Assembly: GCA_021777685.1 (NCBI GenBank)
Contig: JAJYDH010000001.1
Location: forward strand, 1-43,085
DNA from: Planctomycetota bacterium
GTDB lineage: Bacteria; Planctomycetota; Planctomycetia; Isosphaerales; Isosphaeraceae
Length of the DNA stretch: 43,085 nucleotides
Direction: 5' to 3'
Below are positions 28,792-37,230 of the stretch, piece by piece (positions within the stretch are counted from its first letter, which is position 1; each line of letters begins with the position of its first letter). The position numbers and the translations under genes are program-made. Under the pieces are notes generated by a model. That model was not told the DNA's origin, searched no databases, and saw only the letters and a list, made by a program, of their open reading frames with translations.

Positions 28792-30437
28792 CGGGCGGGC
28801 ATCGGTGATACCGTCGGAGCGAATGGTGAGCGGCCGGACGGGGGCGGGGGCGTGACACTCGCGGGCGGGCTCGCGCCAGGACCGGCGGCATCATCCGGGA
28901 CCGCATGGGCCAGGTTCGCCGCCGGGGGCTGTCCCAGGGCGACGTACATCTGGAAGTGTGCCTGGTTATAATCGACGATGGCGTCGAGGTAATCGAGCTT
29001 CGATTCTCGGAGCAGGTTCAGGCTATCGAGGACCTCGATCGGGCGGGGGTTCTTGCCCTCGCCGGGGACACCCTGCTTGATCCGCTCCAGGTCGAGCGCG
29101 AATCCCTGGGTCGATGAGCGGACGGCCACCTCGTCGTCGCCGATCTGGGCGAACCGGGCGTGGGTCCGGGCGTAAGCCTCGGCGACCTCGTCCCTCACCT
29201 GGTCGAGGACCGCGAGCTCGCGGAACTTCGAGACCGAGACCTGCGCCCGCGCGATCCGGATCAGGGCGGCGTTGCCGAAGCCGAGGTTCCTCGCCGACCA
29301 GTACGCGAACGCGTCGATGTCGCTCCGGTCGCCGAAGTTCCCGAAGTTCGGCCTGACCAGGTTGCTCCCGCCGCCGAACCCGCCCCCGCTGAGGCCGATC
29401 AGGATCGTCGGCGAGAACGGCAGGGCCTTCGCACCTTGCAGCGCGAGCAGTGCCTCCTTGATCGCGGCCCGGCGCTCGCCCAGTTCGGGCCGGCGGAGCA
29501 AGGCCAGGGCGATCAGCTCGCAGAGCGGGATCGGGTCGGGGACGATCGACATCGGCACGGCGTAGGCGTCGGTCGGGTGCAAGCGGATCGAGGGGTCGAG
29601 ATTGAGCGTCCGGCAGAGTCGCGAGGAGGCGACCAGGATCTCCCCCTCGGCCTGTCGGAGGTCCGCCCTCCTCCTCGCCAGTTCCGTGGCCGCCCGGTCG
29701 GCGTCGGCCTGTCTACCCTGGCCGGTCCTGGCATACAGGGCGGTGATCCGCGAGACCTCGGCCGCCTCGGTCCGGATCTGCTCGGCGATCGCGCGACGCC
29801 CCTCGGCCCGGATGAGTTCGCAATAATCGCTCGCGACCCGCAGGAGGACCTGATTATTGACCGCGACCCTGGCGAACTCGCGCTGGCGGACGACCTGACG
29901 GCTCATCAGATAGCGGAAGACGCCCTCGGCCACGTTGCCCGTCAGGACGACCCCCGGGATCGAGACGGGGCCGGCGGCGGCCGTGAAGGCCCCGGCGCCG
30001 ACGTAGACCGAGCTGCGGTTGACCGACAGGATGTTGCCGCTCGACTGCTGCAAGTTGCCCGTATGGGAGTCGTAGCTCGCCCCGCCATTGAGGGTCGGCA
30101 AGAACTGGGCGGCGGCGAATTGCCGGACCGCGACCGACTCCACGACCAACTGGCGGGCTACCAGGAGGTCGGGGTTCTGCACCCCGGCCAGCCTCATGGC
30201 CGTGCCCAGGTCGATCGGCTGGACTTCTCCTCGGAGGATCGTGGAACTGTCCGGGGCGACCGTCGGCGGAGAGTCCGACGGGTTCGAAGCCGGGGTTCGC
30301 GGCGTCGGGGGGGCGATCTCGACGGCCGGAGGATCGGCGTCGGGCCCGGGCGGAGTCGCCCCAGCATCGACACCCGCCGCGATCGCGACGAGGGGCAGGA
30401 AGGCCCGAAGCACCTGGGACCATTCCGGACGTCTCAT
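28788..30437 (-). CDS. TolC-family outer membrane factor
   Basis: Signal peptide, two OEP repeats, AGGAGGAGG RBS. Confidence 0.9.
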   Translation of the reverse strand: MRRPEWSQVLRAFLPLVAIAAGVDAGATPPGPDADPPAVEIAPPTPRTPASNPSDSPPTVAPDSSTILRGEVQPIDLGTAMRLAGVQNPDLLVARQLVVESVAVRQFAAAQFLPTLNGGASYDSHTGNLQQSSGNILSVNRSSVYVGAGAFTAAAGPVSIPGVVLTGNVAEGVFRYLMSRQVVRQREFARVAVNNQVLLRVASDYCELIRAEGRRAIAEQIRTEAAEVSRITALYARTGQGRQADADRAATELARRRADLRQAEGEILVASSRLCRTLNLDPSIRLHPTDAYAVPMSIVPDPIPLCELIALALLRRPELGERRAAIKEALLALQGAKALPFSPTILIGLSGGGFGGGSNLVRPNFGNFGDRSDIDAFAYWSARNLGFGNAALIRIARAQVSVSKFRELAVLDQVRDEVAEAYARTHARFAQIGDDEVAVRSSTQGFALDLERIKQGVPGEGKNPRPIEVLDSLNLLRESKLDYLDAIVDYNQAHFQMYVALGQPPAANLAHAVPDDAAGPGASPPASVTPPPPSGRSPFAPTVSPMPAR

Positions 30438-30485
30438 GATTCCTCCTCCTGAGGAAAACGCCCGGGCGGTCCCCGGGCCGGATGC

Positions 30486-31427
30486 TCAACCTTCGAAGCG
30501 CAGACTGCCGGTCGACCCGATGGTGATGATCGGGAAGTTGCGCACGAGCTGGCGACCGTCCGGGGCGACGACGAGGAAATTCGTGTTCGGGTCGAACTTG
30601 ACGCCCGTCGTCAACTTGTAGGTGAATATCCCCTCGGCGTTGACGGGCAGCAGGGGCCCGTTGAACTTGTAGTAACCCAGGGGGCCATCGACGAAGACCG
30701 CCGAGCCGGGCAGTGTCGAGCCGATGATGGTCACGCTCTTCTTCCGGGTGATCGGCCCCGAGTTGTACAGGTGGGGTTCCGAGGTCTGTTGACCCGCGGC
30801 CAGGTGGACGTCGAGCCCCAGCGGGACATTCGGGGTGGGGTTGGAGAGATTCCGCTCCAGGAGCCGTGCGTCCTGCTGCGAGATCACCCCGGTCTGGAGG
30901 AAGTCGGCCGCCGGGTTGTATCTGGATTGGCCGACCTTCGAGCCGTAGGAACTGGCGAGGTCTTGCAGGTCGGCGATGTCGACATGGCCCGAGCCGTTGA
31001 CGTCACCGGGCAGGTAGACCCTCAACTGAAACGCGCCGCTGCTTCGCCCCGTCCCGGCGACCTCGACGGTCAAGGGGCCGGGCCGATCGTCGAGCACCAG
31101 GATCGTCGACGGGCCACCGAGCCGGGCCCCGGGGCTTCCCTGGTGATAGACGGGCAGTCGCTCGCCGGCCGGGCCGAACGCGGAGACGATCGTGGGTCTC
31201 AGGGTACTGCCCGGTTCCGGCGCGACGGCCAGCCCGATCACCGTGCTCGGCCGCCCTTGCGCGAGGTTGAGCGGCTGGATGGTCACGGACGCCGACCCCG
31301 AAACACCGGGTGCGGGGACGACCCCCTCGGAGACGCCCAGCGTATCCGCGGGTAAGCTGGCGTTCATCGCCATCCGGGGCTCCATCGGTTCGAGCCGGGG
31401 GCGGCGGCGGTTCCGCTGGGCGGTCAT
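30486..31427 (-). CDS. Planctomycete extracellular protein with type-I dockerin-like EF-hand pair
   Basis: N-terminal RRRPRLEPMEPRMAM motif; GDVNGSGHVDIADL…ADFLQTGVISQQDARLL; GAGGAG RBS. Confidence 0.8.
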   Translation of the reverse strand: MTAQRNRRRPRLEPMEPRMAMNASLPADTLGVSEGVVPAPGVSGSASVTIQPLNLAQGRPSTVIGLAVAPEPGSTLRPTIVSAFGPAGERLPVYHQGSPGARLGGPSTILVLDDRPGPLTVEVAGTGRSSGAFQLRVYLPGDVNGSGHVDIADLQDLASSYGSKVGQSRYNPAADFLQTGVISQQDARLLERNLSNPTPNVPLGLDVHLAAGQQTSEPHLYNSGPITRKKSVTIIGSTLPGSAVFVDGPLGYYKFNGPLLPVNAEGIFTYKLTTGVKFDPNTNFLVVAPDGRQLVRNFPIITIGSTGSLRFEG

Positions 31428-31788
31428 GAACGCTCCTCAAGACAACCTTCGCCGCGAAGCATGAACATGCCACAAGAGCGATCGGTGCGATCGGCCCGCC
31501 TGGCTTGATGCCAGGTCGGTCGAAGTCCCGACGATCGCGAGATCTCCTGCTCATTGAGGACTTCGGTGCTTTGGATTTCCACGATGAGTCTTTTCCCCAT
31601 CGTGCGCGATCGAGACTCCTGAGAGGATCTCGTCCGTCCGGCCTTTCCGAATAGCCGCCGGCTTGCAGCGGCTCTCATCCGGATGACCCGCGGTCGAGGG
31701 AAAAGGACCGGCCCCGGCCCTGAACCATGCCGCCGATCTGGGGAACCATGGTAGTGGCCGGGTGGCGGTCCCCCTTATCCCCGTCGCA

Positions 31789-32487
31789 TCACGAGTGTGC
31801 ATCGCTGGAGGCTTTCCGCCAGCAGGCCGCCCAGCCGAGCGCCAGGCCGATGTAAGGCAAGGCCCTCGGCAGGGTCTCGGCCATCTCGGGGGGGACGACC
31901 AGAGTCCGCTCCTCGACCAGCGACCAGCCGGCGCCTTCGGCGATGGCCAGATATTCCGGGATCGTCCGGTGGATGGTCCGGATGTGCCGGCGGAGGCCGG
32001 TCTCGGGGTCGATGAATCGGGCGCGCTGGCCCTGGGCGGTCCGATCGGGATGGAGTGCCGAGAGCAGGCAACGGGCGCCGGGCCTAGCCACGCGGGCCGC
32101 CTCGAACAGGACGCCCGCCAGATCCTCGACGTGCTCGGCGACCAGGCCGAGGACGACCAGGTCGAAGGTCGAGTCGGCGAACGGTAACGGGTCGGGGAGC
32201 CGGTGTCGCGCCCACTCCACGGGCCGGCCGGCGAGCCTGGCCCGCGCCCGGTCCATCATCTCGGGCGACTCGTCGAGGCCGCAGACGGACGCCCCGGCCT
32301 CGGAGAGGGCCAGCGTGTGCCGGCCGGTCCCGCAGCCGAGGTCGAGCGCCCTCCGACCAGCGATCGGCCCGAACCAGCCCCGGAGGGCCGGCGCCTCCAG
32401 GGCCGTCAGGGGGTTGCCGTCGTCGTCGTAGATCGGGGCCCAGGCGGCATAGCCCGCCCGGGCCGACAGCTCTTCGGGTTCGTCCAT
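31789..32487 (-). CDS. Class I SAM-dependent methyltransferase
   Basis: LDLGCGTGRH and LPF.D.TFDLV motifs; GGAGGG RBS before MDEPEEL. Confidence 0.9.
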   Translation of the reverse strand: MDEPEELSARAGYAAWAPIYDDDGNPLTALEAPALRGWFGPIAGRRALDLGCGTGRHTLALSEAGASVCGLDESPEMMDRARARLAGRPVEWARHRLPDPLPFADSTFDLVVLGLVAEHVEDLAGVLFEAARVARPGARCLLSALHPDRTAQGQRARFIDPETGLRRHIRTIHRTIPEYLAIAEGAGWSLVEERTLVVPPEMAETLPRALPYIGLALGWAACWRKASSDAHS

Positions 32488-32599
32488 CGGGCCCTCCCGG
32501 GCGGAGGGTGTTCGCAAGTACCGGGCCCACGAGAAATGTCCCCGGCCCCGCGAGGGGTCCGGGGATTCGCGTCGGCGATCGGGATCATCCGGGCCCGGC

Positions 32600-33082
32600 T
32601 CAGCCGGGCGGGGCGGGGACGGCGCCGCCGGGGGCGGGGACGTTGCCGGGCGCGGGCGGGGCCGGGACCGGGGCGTTCGGGGCGGCGGTGCCGCCGGGCA
32701 TCGACTCCTCGGCCTCGGGGGCCGCGGACGGCCTGGGGATCGCGCCGGGGCCGAAGGTCGGCGCGACGGGCTGGCCGGCGGCGTTGATCCCGCCGACGCC
32801 CGCGCCCACACCTTCCTGGCCGGGCACGGGCGGGACGGGCATCCCCGCCGCCTGCATCCTCGCCCTCTGGGTCGCCGCCTGCGTGTTGGCGTAGGGGAAC
32901 TCGGGGCCGGGGGCGAAATACTGGACGTCGTCGTGCATGTACTTGCCCGAGGGCAGAGTCATGCCGGCATATTCCACCTGGCAGCCGGTCGTGGCGAGCA
33001 GGCCCAGGACGGCCAGCCCGGCCCGGACCGACCAGCTCCGGCCGCCCGGCCTTCGAGGCAATCCCGCGCGGGAGGACAACAT
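32600..33082 (-). CDS. Hypothetical lipoprotein with Pro-rich tail
   Basis: h-region + TTGC lipobox-like site, GCQVEYAGMTLPSGKYMHDDVQYF..GPEFP core; AAGGAGG RBS. Confidence 0.75.
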   Translation of the reverse strand: MLSSRAGLPRRPGGRSWSVRAGLAVLGLLATTGCQVEYAGMTLPSGKYMHDDVQYFAPGPEFPYANTQAATQRARMQAAGMPVPPVPGQEGVGAGVGGINAAGQPVAPTFGPGAIPRPSAAPEAEESMPGGTAAPNAPVPAPPAPGNVPAPGGAVPAPPG

Positions 33083-33363
33083 CGGTTCCACCCCTCCTTG
33101 GTTGGGCGACGCTCGGCAATCCCGGCCGGTCGTCGACGATCGATCCTCATCCTTCTGGGAGGCCGGTGCCGCCAAACGCGGTCGTCGGAGTCCCATCACA
33201 CCTAGGGGATCGGCCGGTCGGGGCGGTCAAGCCCAATGAATCCTCAAAAAAGGGCGAGGGGACGACGATTTCCCGCCCCCGGGGGCGGAATCACGCATTG
33301 GGCGATCCGGCCGTTGTGATTAGAATCCCCCCCGACCGCGACCCGACCGGAGGATCTCGTACC

Positions 33364-34599
33364 GTGCCCCGAACGATCGAAACTCTGCCGACGCCCGCCG
33401 AGGCGTGCTCCCGGATCTTGACCCTGGCCCGGCCCGGAGAGCCGATCGAGGTCTCCCTGGGCGAGGCCCTCGGGCTGGTCCTGGCCGAGCCCGCCGTCGC
33501 CGACGTCGACCTCCCCCCTTTCGACCGAGCGCTCGCCGACGGCTATGCGATGAAGGCGTCGGAGGCCGTCCCGGGCGCCCTGCTCCGCGTCGCGGGGCTC
33601 CGCTGGTCCAGGCCGGGCGTCGACGACGCCCTCGAATCCGGCGAGGCGATCCGGGTCGCCCAGGGCGATCCCCTGCCCGTCGGGGCCGACGCGGTGATCC
33701 TCGCCGAGGACGTCCGGCGCGACCCCGAGACGGGGCCGACCCGCGTCATCGAGATCCTCCGGGGCGTCGAGGCCGGTCGGGACGTGGCCCGTCGCGGCCT
33801 CCTCCTCGAAGCCGGGACGACCCTGGCCCCGGAAGGGACCAGGCTCAAAGGGCCGATGGTCGGGCTCCTCGCCTCGCAAGGCTGCGTCCACCCGGTCTGC
33901 CACCGGCGAGTCAGGGCCGCCGTGATGGCCGTCGGCGACCACCTGGTCGGGCCGACCGAGGCCCCCGTCATGCACAGGGAGCGGAACGCCGCCGGCGCCT
34001 CGATCGTCGCCCAGCTCCTCCGGGCCGGCGCCATGCCTCACGACCTCCAGGCCGTCGCGGAGGCCCGATTCGCCTCGACGTTCGAACGGGCGACCTGCGC
34101 CCCCCTGATCGTGGTCCTCGGGCCGACGTCCCGGCCCGTCCTCCGGGCCCTCCGGTCGTTCGGCGTCGAGCCCGTCATCTCCGGGGTCGCGATGAAGCCG
34201 GGGAGCCGGGCCCGTTACGGCGTGATCCGCGACGATACGGGCGAGGTCGCCCATCACGTCTTCCACCTGCCGATCGCGCCGGTCGCGGCCTCGATCGCGT
34301 TCTCGATCCTCGTCGAGCCGCTGCTCGCCAGGCTCCAGGGGGCGCCGCCCGCCGGCCTCCGGACCGTCCCCGCCGTCTGGGACGGGACCCATCGGGGCAC
34401 CTCGACCCATCTTCGCGCGGTGCCCGTCACCGTCACCGTCGACGCCGAGGCCCGCCAGATCGCCCGCCCGGTCTCGCTCCGGGGGCTGGACGACCTGCCC
34501 GGGTTCGCCAGGGCCGACGGCCTCGCCCTGCTCCCCGCCCAGTCCGGGCCCTGGAAGGGGGGCGAGGTCGTCGAGGTCGCCCGCTTCGACGCCGCCTGA
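33364..34599 (+). CDS. MoeA/gephyrin-E-like protein with degenerate catalytic motifs
   Basis: ALG.VLAE…D.PPFD….DGYA, P.GADAV..E, G..L and MKPG motifs; C-terminal ADGL..LP….GE.VEV. Confidence 0.82.
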   Translation: MPRTIETLPTPAEACSRILTLARPGEPIEVSLGEALGLVLAEPAVADVDLPPFDRALADGYAMKASEAVPGALLRVAGLRWSRPGVDDALESGEAIRVAQGDPLPVGADAVILAEDVRRDPETGPTRVIEILRGVEAGRDVARRGLLLEAGTTLAPEGTRLKGPMVGLLASQGCVHPVCHRRVRAAVMAVGDHLVGPTEAPVMHRERNAAGASIVAQLLRAGAMPHDLQAVAEARFASTFERATCAPLIVVLGPTSRPVLRALRSFGVEPVISGVAMKPGSRARYGVIRDDTGEVAHHVFHLPIAPVAASIAFSILVEPLLARLQGAPPAGLRTVPAVWDGTHRGTSTHLRAVPVTVTVDAEARQIARPVSLRGLDDLPGFARADGLALLPAQSGPWKGGEVVEVARFDAA

Positions 34600-34628
34600 T
34601 CAGCTGGACCCGATGCTGTCCGACCCCG

Positions 34629-34706
34629 ATGGCCGATCGACGATGATCGATGGACGATGGACGTCCAAGGTTTTCGATCGGCCATCGATCATCGCCGATC
34701 GGCCAT
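34629..34706. repeat. 25-bp inverted repeat built from CGATNGN-type heptamers between convergent genes
   Basis: atggccgatcgacgatgatcgatgg (34629-53) versus ccatcgatcatcgccgatcggccat (34682-706), one mismatch. Confidence 0.8.
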
Positions 34707-34773
34707 GCCCGCGCGATCGGTCAAGAACAGCCGGCTCGCGATCGAACCGCACTTCGGGCGCGAGCGTCGGACT

Positions 34774-36312
34774 TCAACCCGCCGCGCGGTCGAGGAACTG
34801 GGTGGCGGCGTGCATGATGGTCTCCTCGCTGGCTTCGGAGCGCGGGAGATTGGCGGTGAGGCGCCCTTCGCAAAGGACGAGGATGCGGTCGGCGACGGCC
34901 AGCAGCTCGGGCAGTTCGCTGGAGGTCATCAGGATCGCCATCCCCTGCCCGGCGAGCTGGCGGATCAGGGCGTAGATCTCGGCCTTGGCGCCGACGTCGA
35001 TCCCCCGGGTCGGCTCGTCGAGGAGCAGGAGTTTGGGTTCGATCAGGAGCCACCGGGCGATGATGCACTTCTGCTGATTGCCGCCGGACAGGCTCAGGAT
35101 CGGCGCCGAGCCGCCGTCGGTCTTGATCGACAGCCGCCGGATCGACTCGCGGACGGCCGTCGCCTCGGCCTTGCGGTCGACCAGGCCGGCGCGGGTGAGG
35201 GCATCGAGGCGGCGGATCGTGATGTTTTCCGCCACGGTCATCCTGGTGAACAGGCCGAGCGACTTGCGATCCTCGGTGACGAGCGCGACCCCCGCCGCGA
35301 TCGCCTCGGCGGGCTCGCGGAACCGGGCCGGGGCCCCGTCGAGGATAATCGTCCCGCCCGGTTCGGTCGGGCAGGCCCCGAAGAGGGCTTCGAGCAGTTC
35401 GGTCCGGCCGGCCCCGAGGAGCCCGGCGATCCCGACGACCTCGCCGGCCTCGACGTGAAAGTTCAGGTCTTTCAAGGCCGGCCGCCCGCTCCCGGGCGGG
35501 CTGTGCAGGTTCAGCCCCTCGACCTGGAGCATCCGCTTGCTCGACGACTCGCGGGCGTCGAAGTGCAGCCCGGCGATCTCGCGGCCGACCATCCAGCGGA
35601 CGACCTGGGCGGGCTCGGTCTGGTCTCGCGAGGCCGTCGCGACGAACTTGCCGTCGCGGAGCACGGTGACGGAGTCGGCCAGGGTGAAGACCTCGTTCAT
35701 CTTGTGGGAGATGTAGAGGATGGTCGTCCCGTGCGCCTTGAGATCCTGGATCACGCGAAAGAGTCGGGCGACCTCGGCGTCGGAAAGGGCCGAGGTCGGC
35801 TCGTCCATGATGACGATCGAGGCTTCGAACGCCAGCGCCTTGGCGATCTCGACCATCTGCTGGTCGCCGATCCGGAGGTCGGCGACTCGGGCCCTGGGCG
35901 AGATCGGCGTCCCGAGTCGCTCGAAGAGGCTGGCGGCGGCCTTTTCCATCGCGCCGAAGTTGAGAAAGCCGAGCGGGCCGGACTTCTCGCGTCCGAGGAA
36001 GAGGTTGGAGGTGACGGAAAGCTCGGGGACGAGGTTCAATTCCTGGTAGATGATCCGGATGCCGGAGTCCTCAGCGTCCCTCGGGCCGGCGAAGCGGACG
36101 GGGCGGCCGTCGAGGAGGATTTCCCCGCCGTACTCGGTGATCGCGCCGGCGAGGATCTTCATGAGCGTGCTCTTGCCCGCCCCGTTCTCGCCGCAGACCG
36201 CGTGGACCTCCCCCGCCCTGGCCGTGAGCGTCACGCCGCCGAGCGCGTGGACGCCCCCGAAGTTCTTGGTGATCCCCTTCATCTCCAGGCGGGGCGTGGC
36301 GAGGTCGCTCAT
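34774..36312 (-). CDS. Monosaccharide ABC transporter ATP-binding protein (RbsA/MglA type, tandem ABC domains)
   Basis: GENGAGKST, DEPTSAL, ISHKM, LSGGNQQK and DEPTRGIDVGAK motifs. Confidence 0.95.
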   Translation of the reverse strand: MSDLATPRLEMKGITKNFGGVHALGGVTLTARAGEVHAVCGENGAGKSTLMKILAGAITEYGGEILLDGRPVRFAGPRDAEDSGIRIIYQELNLVPELSVTSNLFLGREKSGPLGFLNFGAMEKAAASLFERLGTPISPRARVADLRIGDQQMVEIAKALAFEASIVIMDEPTSALSDAEVARLFRVIQDLKAHGTTILYISHKMNEVFTLADSVTVLRDGKFVATASRDQTEPAQVVRWMVGREIAGLHFDARESSSKRMLQVEGLNLHSPPGSGRPALKDLNFHVEAGEVVGIAGLLGAGRTELLEALFGACPTEPGGTIILDGAPARFREPAEAIAAGVALVTEDRKSLGLFTRMTVAENITIRRLDALTRAGLVDRKAEATAVRESIRRLSIKTDGGSAPILSLSGGNQQKCIIARWLLIEPKLLLLDEPTRGIDVGAKAEIYALIRQLAGQGMAILMTSSELPELLAVADRILVLCEGRLTANLPRSEASEETIMHAATQFLDRAAG

Positions 36313-36501
36313 GGGTCTCCCGGCTCGATCGAGCTTGCTAGGGTCGGAGGATCGCCCATGCTAGCGGACGGGGCCGGGGCCGGGACAGGGGCGAGTCGGC
36401 CCGAATCGCGGGTTTTCTTGCTGTGTCGACGACGTCGACCGGCTACGATCGATCTCGACGATGGCCTCGCCGGACCTTCCCTCCCCGTCCAGGAATCGCC
36501 C

Positions 36502-36930
36502 GTGGACCCGGATTTCATCTTCATCGTGCCCTACGAATGCCCGCGCTGTCACGCCTCGCTGGAGGCGAGGGCGAGCGGGCCGCCGTCGTGGCTCCGCTGC
36601 CCGAGTTGCGGGCGAGCCAGCCTTCCCCCGGAGATCATCCGGTCGCCGCCTCCGCCGATCGACGATCAGGCGTTCCTGATCGGCGCCTTCTCCAACGTCC
36701 CGGCCGATCTGCCGATCCGCCCCCGGGCGATGGCCCCCCGTCCGTCCCCGGCCTCGACGAAGGTCCCGACGGCCCGACTGCTCCTCGGCACGGGTTTCTT
36801 CTTCACGGTCTTCCTCTTCCTCTTCTCGCTCCTGGAGCCGGACATGGGTCGTTCGGCCCTCTTCGGCGTGGCGGCGGCCGTCTTCCTTTTCCTCCTCGCC
36901 CGCCCGAGCGCACCGGCCCGCGACGACTGA
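36502..36930 (+). CDS. Zinc-ribbon (CxxC…CxxC) membrane protein
   Basis: GTG start after AGGA; ECPRCH…RCPSCG, Pro-rich linker, two C-terminal TM helices. Confidence 0.7.
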   Translation: MDPDFIFIVPYECPRCHASLEARASGPPSWLRCPSCGRASLPPEIIRSPPPPIDDQAFLIGAFSNVPADLPIRPRAMAPRPSPASTKVPTARLLLGTGFFFTVFLFLFSLLEPDMGRSALFGVAAAVFLFLLARPSAPARDD

Positions 36931-37054
36931 CGCGCGATCGGGACGGTCACGAAATCCCGGCACTCCCGAAATCGTGTGTTAGCCGATCCCTTCGGTCACG
37001 ATAGTGTCTCCGAAGGATTGAGCCGAGCGAGCGGGACGTGATCGAAGTCCCGGC

Positions 37055-37164
37055 GTTGGGTTCGCCTTGGAGAATGAGGCTCAGGGACGGTTGGGTTCAT
37101 CTTCCAGGCTGGTCCGGAGCGCGTTGGGTTCGTCTGGAAGGGACGGGGCGAGCCGGTTGGGTTC
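37055..37164. repeat. Four direct copies of GTTGGGTTC with 35/33/33-bp periodicity
   Basis: Copies at 37055, 37090, 37123 and 37156, in the region between convergent genes. Confidence 0.9.
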
Positions 37165-37230
37165 AAATGACGGCGAGGATCTCGAAGGTTTTTTTCAGCT
37201 ATAAATCCAAGTTGTAAAACAGCTTGAGAC

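Noticed and set aside
31459-31472. Sigma54-like TGGCATGTTCATGC upstream of the dockerin-TolC genes
   Set aside because: GG-to-GC spacing is 9 rather than the required 10.
31424-31678. Small ORF in the 360-bp region upstream of the dockerin gene
   Set aside because: No recognisable motif or convincing RBS; more likely regulatory DNA.
36538-36552. CPRCH as a heme-c attachment motif
   Set aside because: No signal peptide, and it pairs with a second CxxC, so a cytoplasmic zinc ribbon is more likely.
37055-37164. Mini-CRISPR interpretation of the 33-35-bp periodic repeats
   Set aside because: The repeat is only 9 bp, the unit length is far below CRISPR size, and there are no cas genes.
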